DNA of 64,000 nt, taken from the NCBI RefSeq assembly GCF_006345805.1, contig NC_043001.1:102238001-102302000 (forward strand), written 5' to 3'. The notes under the pieces are model-generated. The model was not told where the DNA came from. It was given only the letters and a program-made list of their open reading frames with translations, and did not search any database. Within the stretch, counting starts at the first letter, position 1; every line of letters starts with the position of its first letter. Source of the DNA: Octopus sinensis (lineage: Eukaryota). Position numbers and translations under genes: made by a program. Shown here piece after piece: positions 1-11,700 of the stretch.

Positions 1-63
1 AAGAGTCAATGGCATTAAATATGATAAAGATTAAAGCTGCAGTTTAAAAAAAAGTTAGCTGAC

Positions 64-530
64 ATGGAGGATAGGAAGGGATCTGAACACTGGGAAAGTG
101 TTACTTGTATCATGATGGTTCATGCTGGGTATCAAAATACCAACATTGTGTCTTCTGATGCTCAATGCTCTGTAAACACTGTAAAGGCAGTAAGACTTGA
201 TATGGAAGCTGCAATGGAGGCTATGAAGCTCTGGTCAGCAGGAAGGGACACAGCAGGCATTTTGACTGTGTCCACTCACTGGAATTCATCCCATCCCCAC
301 ATTTTTGATGACTATGTAAATCTGCTGGAGACTATGGTTAAATCCTGGTTGGAGCGGGTTGCTGCTGGAAGGCCATATGTGTGGCAGCAGGATTCGGCTT
401 CTTGCCATAATTCCGGAAAGAATCAGAAGTGGCTGTTGGATTATTTCTATGACTTCATCAGATCCAGTTTCTAGCTTCCCAGTTCCCCTCGATTCTAATG
501 CCAAAGATGTGTGGGTTTTAGTGGCAGCAA
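64..530 (+). mobile_element. Tc1/mariner (DD37D, maT-like) transposase remnant, internally deleted
   Basis: ORF contains YVWQQDSASCH (second catalytic D), then F*LPSSP-(frameshift)-DSNAKD. Correcting one frameshift puts 37 residues between the second and third D. Confidence 0.75.
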
Positions 531-667
531 AAATACCTAACTGCAAACCAAGGCTTCAACAATATGTATTTGTCTAACCTTTGACAACATGATAAAAAAA
601 ATAAACAAACAGAAGAAACAAATATGAATGACTGTGCATGCATAATATATTAAACAACAATAACAAC

Positions 668-1740
668 AACCAGAAATGGGGGCTCTGATCTGTGCTGCCC
701 AAGAGCATGCATTAAAAACCAATTACATCAAATACAAGACTCCGCCGGTTACGACGACGAGGGTCCCAGCTGATACGATCAACGGAACAGCTTGCTCGTG
801 AAATTAACGTGCAAGGCTGAGCATTCCACAGACACGTGTACCCTTAACGTAGTTCTCGGGGATAATCACGTGACACAGAGAGTGACAAGGCTGACCCTTT
901 GAAATACAAGTACAACTCATTTTTGCCAGCTGAGTGGACTGGAGCAACGTGAAATAAAGTGTCTTGCTCAAGGACACAACGCGTCACCGGGAATCGAACT
1001 CACAACCTTACGATCATGAGCCGAATGCCCTAACCACTAAGCCACGCGCCCTCACATTACATCAAATACAGAACAGAAAACACATCAGAAAGAGATAAGT
1101 GCAGAATTTGTGGACAAAATGGTGAAACTGTATGGCATATTACCAGTCAATGTATGCCACTAGCCCAGAAGGAATATAAGAGATGTCATGACAATATAGC
1201 AAGGATTGTCCATTGGACACTTTGCAACAAGTATGGACTTGACAGAGCAAAAAAGTGGTACGAACATAAGCCTGAAAGCATCATTGAAAATGATAATGCA
1301 AAGATCCTATGGGATTTTGTGATTGAATGCGACCATGAGATAGAGAATAGGAAACCAGACATAGTGTTAATTGAGAAAGAAAACGAATGATGCTAGATCA
1401 TAGATATAGCATGCCCAGCTGATGACAAGGTAAGGAAGAAAGTCAAGAGTTATGACAAGTTAGCTTGGAAAGTTAAGCAGTTATGGTCGATGAAAAAGGT
1501 GGTAGTAGTACCAATAATTGTTGGAGCCCTGGGAACAGCGAGTAAAAATCTTGAGAAGTACATGGAACAAATACAGGCTGCAATAAGGGTGGAGCACTTG
1601 CAAAACACAGCACTGCTTGGAACCAATCAAATACACGAAAAATAAGGGGTGTTACCCTAATTCACTGGTAGTGAACAGCTGACACCATAACACATCTCCA
1701 GCATTAGAATCTGTGCAAAAACAAAATAATAATTATAACA
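668..1740 (+). mobile_element. 5'-truncated R4/Dong-clade non-LTR retrotransposon (CCHC + restriction-like endonuclease), with a SINE nested inside
   Basis: After removing the SINE at 737-1055 the frame reads LICAAQEHALKTNYIKY...CRICGQNGETVWHITSQC...YKRCHDNIARIVHW...WYEHKP...WDF...RKPDIVLIEK...IIDIACP...VVPIIVGALG. It is flanked 5' by AAC/TAA repeats and ends in a (TAA)-rich tail. In-frame stops are present. Confidence 0.85.
737..1055 (-). mobile_element. tRNA-derived SINE, family A (TGTGTCCTTGAGCAAGACACTT core), young copy
   Basis: Minus strand shows A box TGGCTTAGTGG and B box GTTCGATTCC. A perfect 15-bp target-site duplication (TSD) ATTACATCAAATACA lies at 722-736 and 1056-1070. CpGs are retained. 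Confidence 0.9.
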
Positions 1741-1751
1741 ATAATAATAAT

Positions 1752-1931
1752 AGGGGCTGCAATAAAGGTGGAGCACTTTCAGAAAACAGTACTGCTTAGA
1801 ACTGCTTGAATACACCAGATGGTGCTTGGAAAATAAGGGGTGTTACCCTAATTCACTGGTAGTGAACAGCTGACACCGTAGTACATCCCCAGCATTAGAA
1901 GCTGTGCAAAGACAATAAAATAATAATAATA
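1752..1931 (+). mobile_element. Second, shorter 3' tip of the same R4/Dong element, inserted in tandem
   Basis: Repeats 1577-1740 (GGCTGCAATAA...GGTGTTACCCTAATTCACTGGTAGTGAACAGCTGACACC...CCAGCATTAGAA.CTGTGCAAA) with scattered differences and ends in (TAA)n. Confidence 0.85.
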
Positions 1932-2143
1932 ATCCTTTCTACTATAGTCACAAGGCCTGAAACTTTGGGAGAGAGGGCTAAATAGATTGCATTGACCCCA
2001 ATATTCAGCTGGTACTCATTTCATCAACCCTGCAAGGATGAAGGCAAAATTGATCTTGGCAGGATTTGAACTCAGAATGTAAAGACAGATGAAATGCTGC
2101 AAAGCATTTTGCCTGGCATGCTAACGATTCTGGCAGCTCACTG
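1932..2143 (-). mobile_element. SINE family D (GAGCTGGCAGAA...GAGTTCAAATTC head; CCTTGTG...GTAGAAAGG tail)
   Basis: Same body as the copies at 27985, 49090, 54315 and 63276. Its tail abuts the (TAA)n tract. Confidence 0.8.
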
Positions 2144-2159
2144 CAGCCGTAATAATAAT

Positions 2160-3400
2160 AATTAATTCTTTTCATTGGCCACAAAGACTGACACACATGA
2201 TTAGAAAACATAAAGGGACAAAACCGGACGAAAGGGTTTTGTCCGTTTGTGAAAAAATCGTGTAAAAACAGTGTAACAATCAAATAATATAACAACGAAA
2301 AACTCCCAATAGGGGGAGGCATTATGAAAGGTTCCTGGTGGAAAAAACCCATAAAAGCCAACAGGAGCCTGGTCAAACGGGAGGGGGGGTAGAGAGCCCC
2401 TTTCTCCTTTTATAATACCTTTTTCAATTACAGGCAAAACCTGAGAATTGGTCCATTTATACTGGCCATTCTTGCACAATTCACCCTACTTTCAGAAAAC
2501 TTGCTATCAGATAGCACTCTCCTTTCTAACCTCATCTTCCTTTTCAATAATAATAATAATAATAATAACAACAACAACAATCCTTTCTACTAAAGGCACA
2601 AGGCCCGGATTTTGTGGGAGGGACTAGTCGATTACGTTGAGCTCAGTATTTGACTGGTACTTAATTTATTGACCCCAAAAGGATGAAAGGCACAGGTGAC
2701 ACTTGTGGAGAGGGCATTCCTCAAATATCACCGGATACCTGTTACCAGCCATAGTGAAAAAATCTGGGAAGACCAGATTTCTTGTGGTTGATTGGGTCCA
2801 CAGGGTCAAAACAGCTTTTGGCCCAACCCAATCATTCAGCAGCAACATTTTCACATTTAGCAGCTTGGATCTGCTGCCAAGGGCTGGCTCGCAAACCTGC
2901 AAGCCTCCTTATGGGTGTCAAACAGCAGCCACACCATTGCATATTTAGCACCCCTAGAAATAAATCTTATGGTTGGCAGATACTCTGCCAACTCTTCTAT
3001 TTCTATTTTTTTGAAGATGGCGATGGTGTTGAGTGACTTCAAATATGTCCCCAACACCACTGTCCTCTCCCCAAAGTCTTTCACCCTCTCTTTGGATGGG
3101 ACAATCTCTCACTCCAAAACAGTGCCCACTTTCTTCGCCATGTTTAGAAGAAAAGTTCAACAAGTCCAAAAAAGGGAAGAAGGAAAGAAGACAGTTCAAA
3201 AACACAGTGAACATGATTCCGGCTAACTGGTTCTCTACTTGTAATCCAGGGACACAGCAACACAGCTCCACAAATTTCACCAAAAATTGGTGAAGAAAAA
3301 TTCCACAAATTTTTGGAGGTTGGATATGCCTCCAAAACAACACTCTTCTCTCAGCTAAGTGAGACACTCGGCGCAACTACGGGCAGAGAAATGCCTGGAA
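2160..3400 (-). mobile_element. Probable L1/Tx1-like LINE remnant (5'UTR/ORF1 start, ORF2 C-terminus, 3'UTR), internally deleted, with a SINE D fragment at about 2580-2700
   Basis: The minus frame KRKMRLERRVLSDSKFSE...ARMASINGPILRFCL* resembles Tx1 ORF2 ends. The degenerate ORF KDFGERTVVLGTY...ISRGAKYAMVWLLFDTHKEA resembles an ORF1. The 3' end ends in ...GGCCAATGAAAAGAATTAATTATTATT. Assignment is by resemblance only. Confidence 0.45.
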
Positions 3401-3889
3401 TCCAGTAGGGATTTCTCATTCGAAACAACAAACAACAAAGCCCACTAGATCCCTAAAAACAAATGCCTTATAGTTGCACTTCAACAATTTACGACGCTGC
3501 ACACCAATGTTGTGACATCATTCAGTGAAAGGAAAACACTGATACACACATGCGAAGTAAGCAAGCTACTTACCACAGAGCCACCCCTGTGCTTAAGTAT
3601 AAACTAAGTATGTATAAACATTATTTGCAAAAATAGCCTTAAAATAGAGAATATAAAGAACACAATGTATTATAGGATATGGTCTCTTTTTATATGTTAC
3701 AGACTATTCTTGTAAATGAGTTTATATCTATACACACACACACACAAATATAATCAGTGAAGGAGTCTAGAAAGAATAAGTAACAATTATGTGAAGGGGC
3801 TAAAATGGTGGTATGTGAAAGTAGAGTATATTATGGTACAAGGAAAAACTATATCTGACATCAAAATAAATATCAAATGGAAATTGTAG

Positions 3890-4192
3890 TTGCGTTACCT
3901 GTGCCGGTGGCATGTAAAAAGCACCATCCGAACATGGCCGATGCCAGCGCTGCCTTGACTGGCTTCTATGCCGGTGGCATGTAAAAAGCATCAACTGATC
4001 GTGGCTGCTGCCAGCCTCCCCTGGCACGTAAAAAGCACCCACTACGTGACGTTAGGAAGGGCATCCAGCTGTAGAAACACTGCCAGATCAGACTGGAGCC
4101 TGGTGCAGCCACCTGGCTTCCCAGACCCTGGTCAAACTGTCCAACTCATGCTTGCACAGAAAACGGATGTTAAACGATGATGATGATGATGA
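3890..4192 (+). mobile_element. SINE family C (GGAAGGGCATCCAGCTGTAGAAAC core; (GAT)n tail)
   Basis: Ends ...CCAACTCATGCTTGCACAGAAAACGGATGTTAAAC(GAT)n. More than 15 related copies are visible across the window. Confidence 0.85.
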
Positions 4193-5649
4193 TTGACTCT
4201 ATTCTAGCTATACCACTGCAACTAATTGAACTGGCCATGGCAAGTTGGAAGGTAAAACTAGTTCTGATGAGGAACTGAACTTAGGAACATGAGATAACAT
4301 AAATTCAAAGAAGTAAAACTTTGCTTAGTTCTACTCTGCAACATGGGATAATGTCTAAATATTATTGTTAATAAATGTTGAAATGATAGCACAGTTGAAT
4401 TTGGTTTAATTAGCAGTGTGGAGAAGAGAGCTTTCTGGTAACAAAAACTAACCAGTATATATGACTCCACTGACTGTAAGTGAGTAGCGCCGACTATTGA
4501 GCAAAGCCGACTTGTTCTGGCAGCCAGGCAGTTGATGAAATGGACAATGGCTGAGAAATATTCTCCATAAACAATATTTCAATTATATAGAATTCTATAG
4601 TATTATTTAATTGCTTTGGTAATTACAGGCATCTTCAAGATTGAAAGGAAGATGCCACATAAATAAAGCGGTCAAACTGATGTGGTAAAGTACCACCACC
4701 GCCACCACTGCCGCTAATGTTCTTCCTATTATTACCAACACCTACCTACCACCATAACTACATATTAATAGCACTATATCAACTCCTACCACAGCTACCC
4801 CATCACCATAATGCATCCCACTCCCACTAACACCACTATTAAATATTCTGCCACATACCTAAAACATTCAATAATACAACCACCACCACCACCACCACCG
4901 TCTGCTGCCGCTGCCACCACCACCAACAGTAAACATCTGTGCAGTATTACTGTCTTCTGACTTTTAGCCATAACGAGATGAGGAAAGAGAAATGATTTGC
5001 ATTGCAAGAAGACACAGCAGTGCAACAACACGGTTGCCAATGGTGGTTTTATGAATTGTAGTTGGGCAAGCGAATGATGGGTTTGCGACACGAAGCGTGG
5101 ATGCTGACACAGTATATCAACAGAGAACACACTCAGATATCGGCTTCTAAGAAGACATACAAACTGATTTGAAATGCTTGATTCTAGTGGTGATAATGGT
5201 AGTAGTAGTAGTAGTAGTTCGGGTGATAGTATTAATAAATGCTGTGATGGTAATGTTGTTGTTGTTGTTGTTCCTTTTGTTGTGGATTGGTCTAATAAAT
5301 GTTTGATATCAACTGAACTTTACTTGATAGCTGAACTAGCTGCAACAATGACATCTTTGTTGAAGTCAGTGCTTTACTGTGCAGGTCAAATGAAAATGTA
5401 GAAGTTCACTATATCGTTGCTTGTGGAGTGTATGTGCTGTTTCTGGCGGTCGTTCATTTGCTGTCAAAGCAGTTTTGATGTTGGCACTCTTGAAGTGGCT
5501 TTGATGACATAGGTACAAATATTTTTGCACTCCCAAATTTTGCTGTGTAGTGGTGGCCGTGAGCAATACAATCGTGTTGTTCATGATTATACTTTGGCTT
5601 GCCCTCAGAACAATTGCATAGTTTGAAAACCAATAAATATTATTCTCAC

Positions 5650-5760
5650 CTTCAAAATATGTTGTGTCTGTCTCGTCACTTGGTTGTGGTTGGAAGGGAG
5701 CTGGTTGTTCAAGGAGTTTCTCCCAAGCCACATTCTCAAAAATCTTCATGTTTTTAACAC
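5650..5760 (-). CDS. MASTL: Internal coding exon of Greatwall/MASTL kinase (AGC C-terminal tail)
   Basis: Acceptor TTTTCACATTGCAG and donor AAG|GTGAGA bound a 111-bp exon, phase 1-1. It translates as (G)VKNMKIFENVAWEKLLEQPAPFQPQPSDETDTTYFE(G), matching the Greatwall tail motif W..L...PF.PQP.DETDT.YFE as I recall it from human MASTL. Confidence 0.8.
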
Positions 5761-5939
5761 CTGCAATGTGAAAATGAAAATATATAAACAAAAATTAAAA
5801 GAAAATCTAATTTCACTCTTTACAATTTCACTCTAAAATAGAGTGATGAAGGCTTGGGATAAAATTAATAGATATTAATGCAAGTTATTTACAGAGAGGA
5901 ATTGCTAAGCAGTGATAAGTAAAACTGCAATGTTGTTAT

Positions 5940-6334
5940 CAGTCCGAGGATGCTTGAGGTACATTCAAACTGGGGTACAAGCTACTCATTATGTTTTGTC
6001 ACAGAAAATATAACCCGTTTGTTGACAAATGGTGTGTATACACCTAGACCAGCTCACAGCGCCTCTGATACAGGTTGTGACATGCTAGCAATTGAGAGTC
6101 ATCTTCTCTTTGGTCACAGGCACTTGGCAGCTGGCGCTATGAGTTGGCTAGTCTGTGACTGAGAGCAGATAACTACCCCAAAATGCTAGCATCTCACAGC
6201 CTAGGTAGGTGGCACTGCAAGCTGCTCTAGGTGTATACACAGAATTTGTCAACAAGTGAGACATAGTCTCCATGACAAAACAAAGTGAGTAGCTTGTTCC
6301 CCAGTTTGAATGAGCCTCAAGCATATTTGGACTG
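5940..6334. mobile_element. Foldback (long-TIR) MITE-like element
   Basis: Arms 5940-~6115 and ~6160-6334 are reverse complements, roughly 75-80% identical by eye. Termini are CAGTCC/GGACTG. The ORF track gives near-identical peptides on opposite strands (MLEVHSNWGTSYSLCFV / MLEAHSNWGTSYSLCFV). Confidence 0.85.
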
Positions 6335-6372
6335 GGAATAGCATTTACAATAACACAAGTTAATCCAAATAT

Positions 6373-6703
6373 GAGGCACAGGCGTGGTTGTGTGGTAAGA
6401 AGCTTGCTTCCCACCCACATGGTTCTGGGTTCTCTCTCACTGCATGGCACCTTGGGTAAGCGTCTCTTGCCATAGCCTCAGGCAGGCCAAAGCCTTGCAA
6501 ATGGATTTGGTAGACGGAAACTGAAAGAAGCCCCCATCTTACGTGTGTGTGTGTGTGTGTGTGTTTGTCCACCACCACTTGACAACTGGTGTTAGAGTCT
6601 TGAAAAAACAACAAAAAAAAGTCCTGGGGTCAATTTGTTTGACTAAGAATTCTTCAAGGTGGTGCCCCAGCATGGCCAGTCTAATGACTGAAACAAGTAA
6701 AAG
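6373..6703 (+). mobile_element. SINE family B (GGCTGTGTGGTAAG...GGTAGACGGAAACTGAAAGAAGCC)
   Basis: Diagnostic head and body followed by (TG)n and the CCCCAGCATGGCC...GAAACAAGTAAAAGA tail. About 18 copies are seen in the window. Confidence 0.85.
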
Positions 6704-8189
6704 ACGGAAGACACCCAGCATTAAGTAATACAATAATGCTTAAAATGAAACTACAAACTTTCCTCCATTCTACCCGGGAGATCTAAACCGTACCTCACCT
6801 TTTGCTGAGCATTGGAACCGAAACTCCATTATGTATTTGAGGAGAAGATTTACAAAATGCTGAAGAAAACGACAGCAAAATAACAAGCAGCATCTCAACT
6901 TTGATCATTCATTTACAAACCCAAACAAAACAAAGTTTTGAGAAAATCTCAACAGAAAAGTAATGAAACACAGAACAGGTGTTTTTTATACACTAACAAT
7001 ACAGAAATGCATAATCAGTGGTGGATAATTAGTAAAAATCGCACACCTTTCATAAATAGGACCAAACTTACAGCCCTTAATTAGAAGATTGCCTATTTGA
7101 GCTTTACTTACAAAAGATGTTATACACACACACACACACTTACACTTCCCAGTCATAAAAGCTGATGGTTAATATTGATTAGTTACATACAAGTTAATAA
7201 GTATGTGTGTGTACATGTATGTGCACACACACAAATGTGTATCAATAAACACAATTTTATCAATATTCTTATAAAAATTATACATCATATAGAAAGTTAA
7301 AGTATATGCTCCAACGTAAGTGGGTGTTGCTATACACACAAATATAACACATAAAAGCATGCATACATTCGTATACACACATGTACAAGCGAATACACAC
7401 ACACAAACACATAGATAATCATGATACATATTTATGGCAAGCTCCGAATCAATTAGCATCTCAGGGATAAAAGTATCTAAGCAAGTAAAATAAGTAGAAT
7501 AAATACTTGATGGAAAAGGAAAAAAAAAAAAATCAATGTATGAGTGTGTGTGGAGAGAGGGAGGAGGGGGTGGGGAGATGGGGACACCTTGCTGAAGGTG
7601 AACCCTTTGATCTTTGATTACCTGGGTTTGATTTTACAACTAGGAACAAAGTGGAAAGATAAAACACTGACAGTTTTATATTGAATGAGATATGATGGGG
7701 GAGGTGATCAATGAGAGGGAGGAAACGAGAGAGAGAGAGGGGGGGGGAATAATGGATAAGAACACACGTAAACGTACACATATACTTGACCTCATACACA
7801 AATACACACATGAACACACAAGCGCACACGCTGTAATATATGTGTGTATATTTATAAAGTTGGAGACTACAATGAGTAGGTTATGAGATCTACTCACAGA
7901 CATTTGCATACATAGATATAGTGATAAAACATACTGATGCACACACACCAAGTGATATACTGAATAAACATACAATTTATGACATACACAATGACAACAC
8001 ATTTACACACGTAAGGAGACAGTTCAAGAGTTTCTTCAAACACACACACATTATTATAAAATGATGAACATTCACATATAAAAACACAAACATATACCAT
8101 AATATTATAAACTAGTATATAATAAAAGTATGGAAAAACATACTAATATTAAAAAGTACAGTATATATATTCTATATATATTTGGTACA

Positions 8190-8563
8190 GGAGATGCGAT
8201 GGCCCAGTGGTTAGGGCAGTGGACTTGCAGTCATAAGATCGCGGTTTCAATTCCCAGAACGGGAATTGAGCGAAAACACTTAAAGCTCCACAAGGCTCCA
8301 GCAGGGGCTGGTGACAAACCCTGCTGTACTCTTTCATCTCAACTTTCTCTCACTCTTTCTTCCTGTTTCTGTTGGACCTGTATTTCAAAGGGCCAGCCTT
8401 GCCACACACTGTGTCATGCTGAATCTCCCCCAAGAACTATGTTAAGGGTACACATGTCTGTGGAGTGCTCAGCCACTTGCACACTAATTTCCCGAGCAGG
8501 CTGTTCCATTGATCGGATCAACTGGAACCCTCCTCATTGTAACTGACAAAGTGTCACAACGAC
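8190..8563 (+). mobile_element. SINE family A
   Basis: tRNA-like head TGGCCCAGTGGTTAGGGC...GGTTTCAATTCCC. A 13-bp TSD TATATTTGGTACA lies at 8177-8189 and 8564-8576. Confidence 0.85.
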
Positions 8564-8689
8564 TATATTTGGTACAATGACACATCTCTCATATAAAACA
8601 TTACATATTCTAAACAATACCAATATTATGGTTTGCAAATTCTATACAAGAGTAAGCAACATGAAATGGAAACGTGCAAGATGTAATGT

Positions 8690-8965
8690 AGTTTGTCTGT
8701 CGTTGACGATGACCAAAGACATCACATGGGAGAAGACAGGAGATGGTGTGTCCGGTTGTGGCTGATCAGTCTGATGTGTACTCGGAGGGCTTTGCTACAG
8801 GTCAGGCACTGGGAAGTCTCCTGGGGCTGAGGGCAGGCAGTTGGCTCTGGACTTGTGCAGTTTGTGTTTTTTCTTTGTGACCATGACCCTGCAATGCTGT
8901 TCTGTTCAATGCAGGTGACCCCTCTGTTGCTGCAGCTTTGCCAGGTAGGGCGGTATTGTGCTTGT
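8690..8965 (-). mobile_element. RTE-clade LINE 3' end
   Basis: The minus frame ...RPTWQS...GVTCIEQ...RK...CLTCSKALRVHIRLISHNRTH* gives a C2H2-like RTE C-terminus. It is followed by a GGTCATCGTCAACGACAGACAAAC-type 3'UTR. Confidence 0.7.
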
Positions 8966-10029
8966 AGAGTATGAATAAAAACAATATCAATGAGAGTTGC
9001 TGCAGTGGGCAACCATTATCAAACATCAACTCTAACAGGTAACAACATACAAAATGACATACACCTCTACATACAATACAACATGACATACATTCGTGCA
9101 CTCACCTTGAGATACAATAACACTTTTCACATGACACCTAATAAATACAATCATTTATGAATGTAATAACAAATTCTTAATCACCTCCCAAATACTATAA
9201 AATGTTTCACAATGACTATTACTTATATCATATTTCTACAAGCCCAGCATTCTTACATTCGAAATGGCATCAAAAAGATGCGACTTTCACTTTAGAAATT
9301 ACAATGAGTTTATCCTACAACATTTGTGGACTCTCTGCAAACTCTAAATAATTCTTGAAAGATGTATTATTCTCTTCATGCACAACCTTCAGGAAGCTCA
9401 TTCAATAAGTACTCTTTATTGCACATCTTCCAAGTGCAGGCCATTATTCAGGTGTTACTGCAATTAATATAGTCTGGCTGGCTCTACCAACACACACTCA
9501 TAGTAACCAGCTTTCTCTCTATTTTACTGACATTGTTTCTCTTTACAAACCAAACCTTGACTACAGTCATTTCTCAACACACACACACACACACACACAA
9601 ACTGCTACTTGGTTAGTGGTTATTTAAATATCATCTAAATCATCCCAAGATTACATTGGATAATGTCCTAGGCAGAGGCAGGATGGTCACAATTGAAGCT
9701 CTTAGATCAATGGGGGAAGTTCAACAAAGGCTCAGAGTTTGTATATACCCTTGTCTCGATATTACACAAGGGTTGTAAATGTGCACTGTTGCTATACAAA
9801 CAAGTGTTTTCATTTCCAGTCTTCAGTGAAAAACAGGTCTAAGCATTAGTTAGTTCTCCTCCGTGCCATGAGGCACAAAAGACTGCAACACAATCTCTCC
9901 AGTGTCCATGTTTAGTGAAGTATTACCTTGCTGAGGGTTGGTGACAGGAATGGCATCCAGTTGGAGGAAATCTGCTTCAACAAATTCTGCTTGACCCATG
10001 CACGCATGCGAATGTGAAATGAGCTGATA

Positions 10030-10392
10030 TCTCTCTCTATATATATAAACGGCAAAATGTGTGTGTGTCCTTTATACAAATCCACAATTTTTCAGGTAGA
10101 GGGCTCACACTTTCTATGGTCATTCAAAACCATCCAAGGGTGGTTGTGCACATCTTTACATTTCCCCAGTCACCCCGCAAAGCCATTAAAAAATCAATAG
10201 AAGTGACTTTTTTGTGAATTTTCTATCAAAAACCCAATCAAAATGCCCGAAACTTGATACACCGATTGAATGCCAGCTAGCTATATGTGATGGTTGGAGA
10301 TTTGGACAGTACTTGCATGTATGTGTGCACGCACGCAGCTGTATATGCATGCACTAGCACTATGGCCCGGTGTTGCCGGGTCATAGTGCTAG
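10030..10392 (+). mobile_element. Non-autonomous Helitron with a palindromic 3' end
   Basis: Starts A|TCTCTCTCTATATATATAAACGGC and ends CTAG|T (A|T target). The terminal 41 bp (10353-10393) form an 18-bp stem with a 5-nt loop. Confidence 0.7.
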
Positions 10393-10394
10393 TA

Positions 10395-10765
10395 TGCTTT
10401 AACATTTACTTGTTTCAGGCATAAAACTGCGATCATGCTGGAGCACTGCCTTAAAGCATTTTAGTTGAACACACAGAACTCAGTACTTATTGCATTGGTC
10501 TCTTTTGCTGAAATGCTAAGTCACAGGAATGTAAACTCCTCAAGACTGGTTGTCAAGTGGCACACAAACACATATACATGCATATATATATATATATGGC
10601 AGAATTCTTTCAGTTTCCCTCTACAAATCTGTTCACAAGGATTTGGTTGGTCCAAGGCTGTAATAGAAGACACTTGCCCAAGGTTCCACACAAGGGAATG
10701 TGGAATTAACCGAGATCCATGTGGTTGGAAAACAAACTTTTTACCACACAACCACACCCACATGC
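10395..10765 (-). mobile_element. SINE family B
   Basis: Reverse complement of the family B body (TTTCAGTTTCC...CACTTGCCCAAGG...CTTTTTACCACACAACC). Confidence 0.75.
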
Positions 10766-11339
10766 ATAGACACACACACACACAGCATGAAGGCAGGAAA
10801 GCATTAAACTTCACACTCAGCTGTGAACTTAATGCCAATTTCTCTTTTCTTCTAAATATTCATTGTCCTCAAAGGATTGTTTTAGTTGATTATGCATATT
10901 AAATGCAAACTGCCTCACCTGGATTTATTGCAATGTAATAATTACCTGTTGGAGTTTAACGACCTCTTATTAACTAAGTTTTTAATCACTGTGGATATAC
11001 ATTTTTTTCAATGTTTTCTGTATCATCATCCCCTTTCATAAGAACACACACACTATAGAGTGCAGGAATACAAACTAGTGCATAAACCAACATAAAAAGG
11101 TGTCTCTATGAGGTTGCTCGCTTTACAAGAAATAGCAGCTTAACCCTATTGTCTTAAAACAAAAAGGACTAATTATATAATGAAGTCCTGCCATTGACCA
11201 TTGGGTATGCTTAATCAGGGTTGCCCTGTGGCTAAACAACAAACAGGCACTGCACAGTACCGCATGTACACACATACTAATACAAAATAAAACCTACTAA
11301 CACACAAAGAAACATTCATTAACAGTAGACATACAACAT

Positions 11340-11700
11340 TATGATTGATAAGAACACATGCTCACATACACTAAAACTGGTGCTCCGTCGGTTATGATGA
11401 TGAGAGTTCCAGTTGAGGCAATCAACAGAAAAACCTGCTAGTGAAAATAGCATGCAAGTGGCTGAGTACTCCATAGACACACATACCCTTAACATTGTGT
11501 TCAAGGTGATTTGGTGTGACACAGAATGTGACAAGGCTGTCCCTGGGAAATAAAGGTGCGACTCATTTTTGCCAGCTGAGGGGATTGAAGTACTGTGAAA
11601 TAAAGTGTCTTGCTCAAGGACACAATGTGTGGCTGGGAATTGAACTCATGACCATGAGCTGAATACACTAATCAGTCAACCACTTGCCTTCCCTGCACAC
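11340..11700 (-). mobile_element. SINE family A, diverged
   Basis: Contains AAATAAAGTGTCTTGCTCAAGGACACAA and GGGAATTGAACTC (reverse B box). Confidence 0.75.

Noticed and set aside
4370-4560. Minus-strand ...SRRYSLTVSGVIYTG* resembling the MASTL C-terminal LTVSG
   Set aside because: No acceptor gives the required phase-1 join to the 5650 donor, and the conserved ARN is absent.
7622-7639. 18-nt minus-strand microexon candidate (VVKSNP)
   Set aside because: The splice sites are plausible, but the peptide does not fit kinase subdomain XI and there is no other support.
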